DNA of 62,796 bases, the filler included, from Globobulimina sp. (Eukaryota): NCBI GenBank assembly GCA_003354225.1. It is 38 parts of 38 records of this genome, joined end to end, with 100 filler letters (N's around TTAATTAATTAA, not from the genome) between each part and the next. Parts side by side here need not be neighbours in the genome. Positions count along the whole stretch, not along the records: positions 1 to 1,557 come from PIVH01014863.1; positions 1,658 to 3,213 come from PIVH01014864.1; positions 3,314 to 4,869 come from PIVH01014865.1; positions 4,970 to 6,525 come from PIVH01014866.1; positions 6,626 to 8,181 come from PIVH01014867.1; positions 8,282 to 9,837 come from PIVH01014868.1; positions 9,938 to 11,493 come from PIVH01014869.1; positions 11,594 to 13,149 come from PIVH01014870.1; 30 more parts are not named here. One strand, written 5' to 3'. The notes under the pieces were generated by a model, which worked only from the letters and a program-made list of their open reading frames with translations, searched no databases and was not told the DNA's origin. Position numbers and translations under genes: made by a program. The first letter of the stretch is position 1; each line of letters opens with the position of its first letter. Positions 1-12,396 of this stretch are shown here, piece by piece.

Positions 1-71
1 CATAATGATTCAGATATATTTCTACATTGCTACGATTGTTTAAAAAAATTAATTACCGAAAATGATGGAAA

Positions 72-1285
72 ATGTCCCATAACCAACCATTCCGAACCAA
101 TAATTGCACGCAATCGAGCCACACGACGCTTAATCGCCAAATCAATCATTTTCTGTCCATATTCCGTGCAAATAATGCCGATATTGATGACGACGAGAAA
201 ACCGGCTGTAATTTTAAAGGACAAATTGATAATTTATTACAAAATCATTTATCAGAATGCAAACTCACATATTCTAAAAATGTCATTGTCAATAAACTGA
301 AACATGAAAATGAAAAATTAAAATTACAAAATCGACTCTCCTCCGAAAAATGCAACGAATTACAAAGTAAATTCAGCAAAAAAACCAAGAAATTATCCCA
401 CGAAATAAAAAAATTAGCAAACAATAACAACGAATTACAAACAAAATTAAATCAACAACATTCTAAACATATAAAATTACGAAAAGAATTATCAAATGAA
501 CTCCTTGTGGCAAAGGACAAAATTGCGGCTTTGCAGCTGGCGGCAAAACATAACGAATATATTGACAGTGATAACGAAGAGAAACATGTAAATGTGCGAA
601 GAAATGTGGTTGTTACTAATTTTTGGGGGAAATGTGGCAATTATATGACCATAAAAGAGTCCATTGTCAGTTTCCAAGCATCGTTCGGGAACAACACTGT
701 TTATTCTGCGTCGCCATTATCTGCGGGCAAACATGAAATGAAATTTAAGGTCACATTCAAACGTCTTTTATCATTGAAAAACGGCATTTTTATGCGTTTC
801 TTCTGTACATATTGTTGAGAAACATATTGTTTTTGAATAATATGTACAAACATAAGCAGTATATGCCATATATTCCACTTTGCAGTGATAAAAAACGTTT
901 GGGTGTTTGTTAAATTTGTGCCTATGATCAGGTGATAAATAAAGATGATAATTGTACCATGTACATAGGAATTGCCTCAACAACAGATTTTGTGAATGAT
1001 TTATGTTTTGGAAAGAATAAGGATCCATGCAATTATGCGTACAGATCGGATGGGTATAAATATAGCAACGAATATAATCCAAAAAAATATGCAACGAGTT
1101 ATTCAACGGGTGATATTATTACAACGTGCTTAGATTTTAATAATTGTACCATATCGTTTGATAAGAATGGAATGGAAAGTATTTTAGTACGGATTAGGAA
1201 AGGAAGGTATTTTGTTGCTGTTACTATGAAAGGTGGCTATGGCACGCAAGGATCCATTGACATTTTATCATACACAATAAAATAA
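72..1285 (+). CDS. Coiled-coil + SPRY/B30.2-like domain protein (intron 750-931)
   Basis: Phase-0 GT..CAG intron joins HEMKFK to VINKDDNCTMYIGIAS; SPRY-like YIGI, YSTGDIITTCLDFNNCTISFDKNG, YFVAVTM. Confidence 0.75.
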
Positions 1286-1557
1286 ATAATCTGTTTGTTT
1301 ATTTTCTGAGTGAGTGTAGTGTATTAATTTTAACTTATAATGTATTTTATTTTCATATTCTGATTGCAAGAGCATCATCGATGAAATACTTGTGATGTTT
1401 TATCATTTAATATGATACATCGGTCCAAATGCATTTTACATTTGAAATATAAACAAAACCACAAGCAATTTAAAACAGAACATGTGGGAAAAAGGAAAGA
1501 AATAATGAGTGATTATAATTATATAAAAATATATGAGTGGATGGAAAACGAACAAAA

Positions 1558-1657
1558 NNNNNNNNNNNNNNNNNNNNNNNNNNNNNNNNNNNNNNNNNNN
1601 NTTAATTAATTAANNNNNNNNNNNNNNNNNNNNNNNNNNNNNNNNNNNNNNNNNNNN
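1558..1657. other. Artificial contig spacer N44-TTAATTAATTAA-N44 (first of 37; last at 61143-61242)
   Basis: Identical 100-bp linker with six-frame stops recurs every ~1655 bp; contig lengths fall from 1557 to 1554 bp. Confidence 0.99.
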
Positions 1658-2247
1658 TTTTTTTTTTATTTTATCATTGTATTTGTTCAATCATCCGTGT
1701 AATTAACAACATCATTCTACGTTGTCCTCCTCCTCCCACTCCACCGCCAATACACAAGCTTTGTTGGATTCCCTCCTATCAACCTCCAACACTTCACCCA
1801 ACAATTCCAACGACAGTATCTCATCAAACAACACATGGAATCTATGCAATACGCCGTCTGCCGCTGGCCCTTCGCCGTCCAAATCTGACTCATTTGTTGA
1901 TTGGAATTTGCGTGCTTTCGCCTCCCAGCCCGATACATAATTGACATATTGTTTTTTCTTTGTTGTCAATGCTAATTTTAGTAATAAATGTCTCTTTGTA
2001 CGGCCTCGAACAGAAATCGCATCGTACTTTGTTGATCAATGATTTATCTTTTCCTTATTCCCCTGCATAATGATAAAACGCAGATACTTATACAACAAAC
2101 ATCCTTCCAAACATTCTTACGACCCGATTGAATTTTGCACCACTACTAGTACTACAACTATCTAGAAAACTTCAAGCTGTGTCCGAAATTTAGCAATGAG
2201 CATAAACTAGAATAGAAACACTTTCCGTCTAAAAGAAACAATATAAA

Positions 2248-3213
2248 ATGTCATCACATGGTCGTAGCAGACATTCTCACCATGCACATCATTCACATCA
2301 CTCGCACGTCCAATCGAGACCACACAGAAACGCCAATAATCATAACACTAAAAAATGGTCATGTGTGGAGTGCACATTTCTAAACTCAGCCTCTAAAACA
2401 CGATGTGATATGTGTTTAACCGCAAAACCAGGACAGATTCAAAACACCACTGATCCCATGCTCCCAAATGGCAATGCGCATAGCAACGCTCATAGCAACT
2501 CTCATAGCAACGTATCCAAAGCAGCAGCCAAAAAACCAGAGATCAAATTTACATATAGTCCACACCATCCATCCCCACATAAAAATGGCTACAAGCACAA
2601 GAATCACAGCAAAGACGACCCAGAAATAGGTCGCAAACCGTCGCATAGCATGATCCCACAACACGTCGTCTTCAACCCTAAAAAACCCACCTTCAAACAA
2701 TCCATCTTCGAGCGATGGATGGTTGCCCAAATCGAACGGCAATCCGGCCAACAACCCGCCATACTCATCACCAACAACATCATGCTCACCAATTTACGCA
2801 GAGTTCGCGCACCGACCACCTATCATACCCTACAGCAGCAAATCAACGCAAATACCGATGCTGTGAGCCATGCCAATAACTTGGACGCTGGCGACTTCAC
2901 CGACGACGAAGAGGAAGAAGTTAAGTATCAAATTATCATTATAACCTTCGCAAATTCGCACAATAACAACATAACAACATACACACAGTTTTCCTCATGT
3001 CGTCCCACACATTCTCCACGTTCCCAAAACTCACAAAACGGTTTTGGTTTTTCGCCCACACCCTCTGACAACGAAGACGATTATGCGCTCTTTCACCCTT
3101 CGCATAGAAACAAAGCAAAACACGCATCGCAACACCACTTATACGGCGGTAACAAAACGAGCCGCAATGATGAGCCCCAGCCACAGCCACACAAACAAAG
3201 CAGACATATACAA
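2248..3213 (+). CDS. His-rich low-complexity protein with RanBP2-type zinc finger, 3' partial
   Basis: WSCVECTFLNSASKTRCDMC fits W-x-C-x2-C-x3-N-x6-C-x2-C; possible in-frame intron 2920-2988. Confidence 0.75.
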
Positions 3214-3313
3214 NNNNNNNNNNNNNNNNNNNNNNNNNNNNNNNNNNNNNNNNNNNNTTAATTAATTAANNNNNNNNNNNNNNNNNNNNNNNNNNNNNNN
3301 NNNNNNNNNNNNN

Positions 3314-3527
3314 TTTGTGGAAACAATTTAACAAATACAGAGCAATAATCTGGAGATGCATCTCCGTTACCATTTGGATAAAATATAATACTTCCTCTTA
3401 AATCAGAAAATTGAACTCGCCCAATAACTATATGATTTTCATGCGCAATATTCCATACAGTAGGTTCAAGTCGAATTTCTTGAGAAATTTGTATAAAGCC
3501 ATATGAAACATCTGACATATCTGACAT
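3314..3527 (-). CDS. MATH/TRAF-like domain protein, N-terminal fragment
   Basis: IIFYPNGNGDASPDYCSVFVKL resembles the MATH YPxG...YxSxFL motif. Confidence 0.5.
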
Positions 3528-3726
3528 TATGTTTTCTATTTCACTACAAGTTTTTATTTATCTTGCTTTGACTGACAATGGCTTGGAATACATCACAAGG
3601 TAAATTTACGTACGAATACAACCCACTTTCAGACCATATTAAAAATCCCTGGAATATATTTGCTTCTCCATTTTCACCATCTTCATCGTTATTAACTCAA
3701 AATAAACAATAATTGGCATTCGTACC

Positions 3727-4869
3727 ATGAATATAAACAATAATAATAACAATAATCAACAATTCAAATACTGGACATCGCAATATATTCATATTAATGA
3801 ATATAATAAAATATTTAATAATAACAATAGTAATTATTACAACGAATCAAAATACTGTGATTATAATAGATTGTTATTATTAAAACAAAAACTTCAGCGG
3901 ATTGGTTTACAAATTGTTGAAATTGAACCAAGCAAAGATTGTTTATTTAAATGCTTTGCAGAATATCAATATCCAAATGATGTAAAACATACAAAATGGA
4001 TCGAAATCAAACATCAATGTCAAAAACATGCAAATAAATCTAATAATATTATTAAGTTTTTATGCACAAAATTTAATGCAAATGTTAAAATTTATTATTT
4101 AGATAGAAATACAAACGAATTACTCTTTAAATATTTGGATTTTCATCCAAATCAAAAATACAATGTAATGCATTTAGCAAAATATAATTTTTCAATGTAT
4201 TTTTTAGTGAAACCTTATTCAAATTATTCCGCTCAATCAAATAATAATTTATTTTTAATCAATAAACTAGCAAACTTACACAAAGATATTTGTAACAATG
4301 ATATTAATGCGAAACAATCAGAATTACAAGCTTTAAAACGTATTTTTGATGAATTACAATGTAAAATACCATTTATTATCCAACCGAGATATGACAGAGT
4401 TAGCATGCATATGCTTGAAAACGACAATAATAACAATAACGTTTTTATAACCAGTACAAAAATTAATTTTTTACGCAATTTAATAAAATCAAAGTATATA
4501 AATCATAAACAAGATGTAATAAACATGGATAATGAGAATAAGCAACATTTACAAGCAATAAATAAATATTTAAGTTCGAATGCATTAAATGAACCAGTAC
4601 CAAATATTCAAGTGAATGCAAACAAAAGTTTGTCATTAAAAAATGTTGTTTGTGAAAACAATGAAAATAAATGCACCTTAAGCTGTACGTATGATATTGA
4701 TAAAAATGTGATAATTGGACAGTATTTTGGTTGCATTGTGACGGAGAGTGAATATGACCAAATTTATGATCAAACCACAAATATTAATGATTATGATTTG
4801 TTTAGTTTTAATGCTAAAATTAATGTTAATGTCGATTCAATTATTTCTAATCAAAAATTGCTAGTACAA
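3727..4869 (+). CDS. OTU-like domain followed by the start of a SET domain, 3' partial
   Basis: LQIVEIEPSKDCLFKCFAEYQY (OTU Cys box-like); LSCTYDIDKNVIIGQYFGCIVTESEY (SET N-terminal motif). Confidence 0.55.
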
Positions 4870-4969
4870 NNNNNNNNNNNNNNNNNNNNNNNNNNNNNNN
4901 NNNNNNNNNNNNNTTAATTAATTAANNNNNNNNNNNNNNNNNNNNNNNNNNNNNNNNNNNNNNNNNNNN

Positions 4970-6387
4970 CTGTCACCGTGCAAAATGAAGCTATTATTGC
5001 TATGAAATAGATCATTGTCTTCAAATTCTAATTGGATACTTGGTTTTTTTTCGTCGTTGTCATTATTTTGGATTTCTTCTGTGAACCATAGCCGTACCAA
5101 ACCAGCAGCACATTTTGCGAGATTGTCGACTAAGTCATTCATTTTCGACTCCGAATGGCTGTGGACCCAATAGAATTTGATGAAATTTATTACATATTTA
5201 TCGAGCGCGATTTTGGCAATCTCAGCATCGACTTTTTTGTACATAGCAATTATTACATCATCTTTTGGCGAGTGTTTTTGTGATATGATATTCAAACAAT
5301 TCTGGCTGTCCGTTATGATTGATATTCCTTCGCATATTTCTGCATATTTACGCCAATTATTACGATTATTTATCCATTCTAATGAACATAATATCACATA
5401 AAATTCCATGACATTAATGTGTGTGCGAATTGTTAGTGGGAGCGATATCGTGTCAATTATTTCATTGCCAAAGTAAATAACCACCGCACAGCCACCAATT
5501 CCATACATTCGACTTTTCGGGTCTCTGTTATATGGATATACCGACCCATCCGGAACAAAGTACAAATTATTTGATTTTAACATATTATCCTTCCACATAT
5601 TATCGTAATTTATAAATTGAATGGATTCGGGAATTGTTTTTGGCACAAAATTGTATACCGATCGCATTGCATAATTACCACAAATAAATGTTTTTGTATC
5701 CATGGTATTCAACTCAATCGAATCCATATACCATTGCCATAAAATGTTATTTTGTCTCATTTCCATTGGGATTTTCCTGATTTTTGCCTTAAAATCGCAT
5801 CCATTATTGATCTTATTGTAGAATGGCTTTATTTCATCAATGAATTGGCATTTTTTTTGATATAATCCATTATTTGCATTACATCGTAATAATTTTGAAA
5901 ATGATTTCGCATTAAGCCGCTTCATGAATGATTCAAATGTATTAAATCCATTAAAATTATTACGTTCCATAATCGATAGTGTATACAATTTATTATTAAA
6001 TATCCGAATCATATTATTATACTCCACTTTTATACAATTATCATTTATCAAATTAATATAAGTGGAACCGGCATAGTTTAATAGGGACATTGCAGTTGCT
6101 TCAATGTAGAATTTTGTTACTCCCGCACCAATTTTATTATGTTTACTATTCATTAATTTATAACAGCTGCGTCTAATTAATTGTATATCACTTAATATCT
6201 TCGCGGAATGTAGGTTGAATGTCCATTGATTATCGAGTTCCATCCCCAAAATGACGAAACTGTCTGAATGATTATGATCGGTTATACCGTCCATCGTAAA
6301 TTGATAATTTCTATATTTTTCTAACCAATCAAATAATTTTAATTTAATCATACTCTGAGTGTCAATAAATTGCTTATATTCATCCAT
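4970..6387 (-). mobile_element. Non-LTR (LINE-like) retrotransposon ORF fragment: RT C-terminus/thumb + RNase H
   Basis: FVILGMELDNQWTFNLH (RT domain 7/thumb), FYIEATAMSLLNYAG; RNase H motifs FVPDGS, NVMEFYVI, IITDSQNCL, FYWVHSHS..NDLVDNLAK. Confidence 0.8.
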
Positions 6388-6402
6388 ATTAAGTATTGCA
6401 AC

Positions 6403-6525
6403 GTATAAAAGTGGAGTATAATAATATGATTCGAATATTTAATAATAAATTGTATACACTATCGATTATGGAACGTAATAATTTTAATGGATTTAATACA
6501 TTTGAATCATTCATGAAGCGGCTTA
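6403..6525. repeat. 123-bp inverted copy of 5913-6035 at the contig end (probable amplification fold-back chimera)
   Basis: Near-identical reverse complement (one mismatch seen) running to the contig end. Confidence 0.85.
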
Positions 6526-6625
6526 NNNNNNNNNNNNNNNNNNNNNNNNNNNNNNNNNNNNNNNNNNNNTTAATTAATTAANNNNNNNNNNNNNNNNNNN
6601 NNNNNNNNNNNNNNNNNNNNNNNNN

Positions 6626-8144
6626 AACAACATAACGCAAAGTACACCATCCATAATGACCATATACTGGACGCATAGTTGTAGTTAAATGTGTGTGCGT
6701 TGCTTATGAGCACAGCGCGAATAATCATAAAGGTTATGACCATTGCTGTTAATATCAGATTGCTGATCGATATCATTGCTGGTTTTAGTATTTTAAATTG
6801 ACGGCATTTCTTATCGTTGACAACAATCAACAAAAATATATTATACACGCCCAGATTGCCGCATTGTAAGCCAAATATCACTTCGATCTGCCATAACCAC
6901 ACTGTATTATCTGAGACTAAACCAACACAGCACAAATATATCTGCATCAGGAAGTTGCCCAACACAATCGAGGCATAAAAGTACTTCTCGTAATCTGTAT
7001 ATCGTTGGCATTTTGGCGCAAATCTAGCGGAGCGGCATAATGGTAAAATATATCCACCAAATAACAACAATAAATACAACGATAACAATATCGCCCAACG
7101 CGTTTTGTCCAATGCTGTAAATTCATATTTTTCTGTTTGCAGTATGTCAAATACATCACCTTCGATATCCACTGTTAAGCCATAGGTTTCTCCGCCATTT
7201 CTACCATTGGTTTCGCATTGACATTCAAAATTTATTTTTTCCCCTCCATTCTCATCCAACGATGATAACAAATCTCGTAAATCCGTAATAGATTCGCATT
7301 TATCAGCGGAGAAACTGTTGTCAGCAATGTCAAATTGCTGACAATAAATATCGAAACCTGTACCATTTGCTTGTTTTAATTTATCCATCGTAGCATTCGA
7401 TAGCTTCCACGAAAAGAAAACATTCATAAAACCAGTGAGTTGAGCATCAATTATATGCTCAATAGACACATGGACCAGTTTTGTTTTGCTGCTGCTGTTA
7501 TGCTGTTTGTTCACTGTATTCTCTGTGAAACATTGTTCTGTAATATACTGAGGATTGAATGCCAACAATTTCAATTCCACAGCATTCCCAGGTTCAATAT
7601 CACTGTTTGATATCGACACTGTTTCCAGCGTATTGTCATTTTGTGTGGCGTTATCTGTATACCTTTCTGTCAAAACAAAGGGTCTGTACTTTTGTGTATC
7701 CACTGTAAACTCAAAGCGCCGCGCATATACATAAACGGCCGGCGCGCCGTATTGGATAATTGCAGCCTCATCCAGCCGTGCTAGCAAATCGGCGACAGCA
7801 TCAGATACATCGTGGATAATATCGTATATATTATCTTGTACAATGGAGTGGGATGAACTGCATTGCAAATCAATACCATCCAGCAATGAGAGCACCGCAT
7901 GATAATAGGACACGGAGTGGATAACAAAAGAGACGTTCCATTTGGAATAATTGTGATCGGAGTATGGAAAGTAATATGTATGCGATTGAGATGGATATGC
8001 ATGAGATATCTGGTCATAAATGTCAATAAAGTATGTGTGTGTATTTGGTGCAAGCAAATTGTTTTCAGAGATTAGATATAAAATTTGTAGGATATGGAAT
8101 GGATAATGTATAAAATATTCGTCTGTTAGGAGGTGTTGGTGCAT
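6626..8144 (-). CDS. Multi-pass membrane receptor-like protein with a GPS/GAIN-like Cys motif before the TM region, partial
   Basis: YCQQFDIADNSFSADKC...FECQCETNG..TYGLTV followed by at least five hydrophobic helices. Confidence 0.55.
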
Positions 8145-8371
8145 GTAATGGAGTATTGTATGGATTAATGGTTCAATGCAGNNNNNNNNNNNNNNNNNNN
8201 NNNNNNNNNNNNNNNNNNNNNNNNNTTAATTAATTAANNNNNNNNNNNNNNNNNNNNNNNNNNNNNNNNNNNNNNNNNNNNATTTGCTTTGATTTTGCAT
8301 TCGTATCTATTTCATCGGTCTTTTCCTCTCGTTCTTTTCTTTTAAACATTGCAAGAAACTTTCTTCTCGCT

Positions 8372-8977
8372 TTGGTTGCTCTTTCTTTTTTATTTTACAC
8401 TGTCAATGATTTGGTGGACCCTTTGGCGTATTATCAAATTGTAACAAATGATGTCACTCAAATATCGCCAAATTGTGTTGAATATGTCAGAGCCGCATAT
8501 ACTTCATTGATGGCATCATCAACGCAGCAAATTACTGCAGCAATACCGCTTTGTGAGCCGCTGAGTGATAATAAAGAAGATGGTATGGACGAGTTACAAG
8601 CATTGTTATATGAATTGTGGGCCGGCTATGCAATGAGTAATTATCCGGCAACTAACTCCCCAATGAAACGAGCATGTGATCGCATTTTAAATGGCTCACA
8701 ATCTGACGGTTTAGCAATTTTGCATCGTTTCTTTGAAGCAAATATGAATCAAAATGGATGTTTGAATATGTCGAGCTATGTTGCTGAAGGAGTGCATGGT
8801 AGAATACATTGTAGTGATTTAACGGGCTGTGGCAGTGGATATGATGGGGAAAGTTGGGATTACCAGGCATGCTCACAAAATATGGCACCATTTGCAACAA
8901 ATGGCATGCAGTTCCTACACATTCATAAGAACTGTTACAATATTGCTCAGCTAATAACAACACAACTTGTGTGGTGA
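8372..8977 (+). CDS. Serine peptidase S28 family (PRCP/DPP7-like), internal fragment
   Basis: YYQIVTND..SPNCVEYVR, AMSNYP, GCGSGYDGESWDYQACSQ. Confidence 0.8.
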   Translation: MVALSFLFYTVNDLVDPLAYYQIVTNDVTQISPNCVEYVRAAYTSLMASSTQQITAAIPLCEPLSDNKEDGMDELQALLYELWAGYAMSNYPATNSPMKRACDRILNGSQSDGLAILHRFFEANMNQNGCLNMSSYVAEGVHGRIHCSDLTGCGSGYDGESWDYQACSQNMAPFATNGMQFLHIHKNCYNIAQLITTQLVW

Positions 8978-9077
8978 ATAAAATAAAGATGCTGCTTTGT
9001 ATCATGTGGAGACATGTTTCAGTCACTAACAGTTTTCGAATGTTTTGAGTTAAAAAAACGCCAATATTAATTTAAAC

Positions 9078-9791
9078 ATGCTGTTTATTCAAATCGCTGC
9101 GTGCGTTAATGTCTTTGTATTCATTGGAATATTTTTCCCATTGAGTACTTACGCAGTCTCACAGCTATACAAACATAAAACACAAATGTTCATTCAGAAA
9201 AGACATAATATGATTACAGTATCGCTCTGTATATTTTTTATTATTTATCATCCATGTGTATCATTGGTGATTTTATCGGGTGTGTTTTTCGGTGTCACTA
9301 CATACTTTTGGGCACTCTCATTATCCCTCACATGGATATGTTTATGGTTTTTATTTTACTCGTTAATATGTAGAAGTTGGCTAAGATATTTTAATTACAA
9401 ATGGACATATTTTACATTACAACAAAAATGGCAATCCATCATTGCCCCGAATAAAAAACCAAATTGGTATTTATTACATTATTCTAACTATGGTAATTTT
9501 AGATTTGTCACCAAAAACATTGCGATTATATATGTAAACTGTACAATATTGTCAGTATTAGTTACGTTTACATCGCATTTTTACGAATTACATATATGGA
9601 GTGTTGCATTTCCAATATGCACAATGTGGATATTTGCAGTAGCTCCAATATGTTTAGTTATCTTTACAACATATTATCATAATGCAAAATATTATTTTTC
9701 TGATACATTTTTTATTTCGTGGGAGTCTAAAATGCAGCTTCGCACATTATTTGGAATGGGGTGCTGTGGAGGTATGGAAACAAAAAAATAA
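9078..9791 (+). CDS. Multi-pass (7TM-like) membrane protein, N-terminal part
   Basis: Five to six hydrophobic helices; FIQKR, RSW..YFNYKWTY, W...YGN motifs shared with 25839-26396. Confidence 0.6.
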   Translation: MLFIQIAACVNVFVFIGIFFPLSTYAVSQLYKHKTQMFIQKRHNMITVSLCIFFIIYHPCVSLVILSGVFFGVTTYFWALSLSLTWICLWFLFYSLICRSWLRYFNYKWTYFTLQQKWQSIIAPNKKPNWYLLHYSNYGNFRFVTKNIAIIYVNCTILSVLVTFTSHFYELHIWSVAFPICTMWIFAVAPICLVIFTTYYHNAKYYFSDTFFISWESKMQLRTLFGMGCCGGMETKK

Positions 9792-9937
9792 GTACAGCAA
9801 CGTTGCTTGTCTCTGAAAGAGTAAACAAAGAATTAAGNNNNNNNNNNNNNNNNNNNNNNNNNNNNNNNNNNNNNNNNNNNNTTAATTAATTAANNNNNNN
9901 NNNNNNNNNNNNNNNNNNNNNNNNNNNNNNNNNNNNN

Positions 9938-10672
9938 CTCGATTTAAAGGTATTAAATTTGAACAAAAAATGGGAAATCTCAGAAACGATCAGTTTGCAT
10001 GTGATTTGCTTAAGGTTTGCTAACTTTATATATCGTTTTCAATTGTATTTATATGCAAATTATATTAATTCAGAAAATGATAGTTTTAGATCCGCAAAAT
10101 AGATGGAATGCGATACGACTATTAAAACATGAATGGTTTCATATTGTAACAAAAAAGAAAAATGATAAAAATTATATTTTTAAACAAGTTGGGAATGAAG
10201 AAATGGATGAAAAAAACATTTCAAAATGGAATGAATATTCTGATTTGCTTAATACACCAAAATCAAACAAAAAAAGAAAAGCATCAGGTCCTCGATTGCA
10301 AGCAATCAATATTTTTATTTTTTTTGTGTCAAATTTATACATTTGAATTGGTTGCGTTTTGTGTTTGTTTGTTTTTAAGGATTTGGTTTTAGACAAAGGT
10401 TATCACAAAATACGAATAAATTGAAGAATATCGATGAAGAAGATACTGGATATCATTACGAAAAACGAGTAAATAATGGATCGTTAATTAAAGATGAATT
10501 GGAAGATAAAAATAAAAATAGAAAAAAAGCGAGCGCAATTTGGGATTCATTTTTTGATATTAATGAGGATAAATCAAAAAATACAAAAAAAAGAAGTAGG
10601 GGACAATATAATGACAATGATGATTATGATAATGTGGAAAATGTTAATCCTGTGAAGAAGTCACGAACTTGA
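9938..10672 (+). CDS. Protein kinase (CMGC/CDK-like) C-terminal fragment; introns 10015-10073 and 10288-10379
   Basis: Spliced ACDLLK|KMIVLDPQNRWNAIRLLKHEWF is kinase subdomain XI; the second intron restores the frame to the 10421 ORF. Confidence 0.7.
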
Positions 10673-10825
10673 TTTAAACCTGAAAAAATCGCAAAAACAT
10701 TTCATTTTTTCAAAATTTCAAAAAAATATTACAAAGTTGAAAGTTTGCAGTCAGTTTCGTCAACATTAAAAACACTCCTTTTCAGACAAACATATCAATC
10801 CATACAACCTTTGATATCCGTACGA

Positions 10826-11493
10826 ATGGCTGAGGAAAAAAAAGACGTTAACTTCTGTAAATTCCACCTGCGATATACATTGAAATATATACATATAAAT
10901 ATACCAGAACACATCCGCAGTATTTGGAGATGTAGAGACATTACCACCGGACGCAATATTTTTTACCAAAACCAGATATAAACAAGACACAGATCCAAAA
11001 AAAATAAATTTAGGAATTGGTGCCTATCGCGATGATAATGGCAATCCAATGCCGCTAAAAATAGTGCGAAAAGTTGAGAAATATCTGATCATGCATTGCC
11101 ACACATATATATATATTATATAAATAGGTCGAGAAAGAAATGGCCAACGATGAGAAACAAAACAAAGAATATTTACCAATCTCCGGAGATGCGGAATATG
11201 TCCGTTTGTCGCAGACCCTGATATTGGGGGAATGTGCCCGTTTAAAAGGTGGCTGCGTAGCCGGCGTACAGGCCATATCTGGCACCGGTTCCTTGCGATT
11301 ATGCTTCAATTTTATCAAAAACAATTTTGCTGCAAAAAATGAGAAATGCAAAATATTAATCTCCAATCCAACCTGGGGGAATCATAAGAAAATCATCAAA
11401 AAAGCCGGCTTACCATTTGATACATATACTTATTGGAATCCGCAAGAAAGAAATTTAAATTTGAAACGGATGTTGGCAGATTTGAACAACAAA
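10826..11493 (+). CDS. Aspartate aminotransferase (GOT/AspC family), 3' partial; introns 10847-10907 and 11073-11127
   Basis: Spliced PPDAIF...KINLGIGAYRDDNGNP...KEYLPISG...VQAISGTGSLR...ISNPTWGNH. Confidence 0.95.
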
Positions 11494-11593
11494 NNNNNNN
11501 NNNNNNNNNNNNNNNNNNNNNNNNNNNNNNNNNNNNNTTAATTAATTAANNNNNNNNNNNNNNNNNNNNNNNNNNNNNNNNNNNNNNNNNNNN

Positions 11594-12161
11594 ATTTTAC
11601 CATATTTTTTATTCTGTTCTCTCTCCTGATTTTTCTATGTGTAATATATAACATATTAATATATAATATATCTGATATACAATGTAGTATTAATTTAACT
11701 AGAATGTTATAATACGTTTTTGCAATATCTTGGGAAACAACATAATCATTTAATTTTTGGATCCATTGATTTCTTTTCATTTTGCTGAATGTTTTTCCAT
11801 CAATTTTAAAATCCATGATACATTTTTGTATTTTCAATATATTATGTTTAGCTTTCGCATCAATGCCATTATTGACATTCGAGTGTTTCACAGCATAATC
11901 ATATAAGAATTGGCATAGGTGATCCCGTGAATAATCATTAAATTTATATTCTGGATACTTTAATATAGGAAGAATGATGCTGGCAAACCGATGTTGTACT
12001 CCTTCTATTGGTGGATTCTGATAAGTGCACCATTTAAGTAACTGCATAGCTGTTGGATATTTAGTATTGTTTTCCATGTATTTCTTCACCGCTATTATGG
12101 CTGCTTCAAATCCGTTCTTTTGTGCTTTTGCTGTTCGGTACATGTTTGCTAAATCATTCAA
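11594..12161 (-). CDS. Hypothetical protein fragment
   Basis: About 190-codon ORF with protein-like composition; no family recognised. Confidence 0.4.
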
Positions 12162-12396
12162 GACGACTTATACTATCATTCGTTTTACATTAAGTCAGTA
12201 ACGTGATTTTCACATACATTTATCGTTGGTTTTGTCAAACATGCTCGATGATTCTGACGGAAAAAATCTACAAAACTAATTTATAACGATCAGAATAACA
12301 ATCAATAGAAGGAGTACAACATAATTATATATATATATATCCGTCACTTTATATGAAATCCGAATTTGTATACAAACAATTAACGGTTTGATAATG

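Noticed and set aside
1712-1969. Overlapping 72-85-aa ORFs on both strands
   Set aside because: Cannot decide which strand, if any, is coding; no motif support
6396-6525. Apparent second gene copy (61-aa ORF) or terminal inverted repeat of the retroelement
   Set aside because: Near-identical local inversion ending at the contig edge, typical of amplification strand-switch chimeras; LINEs lack TIRs
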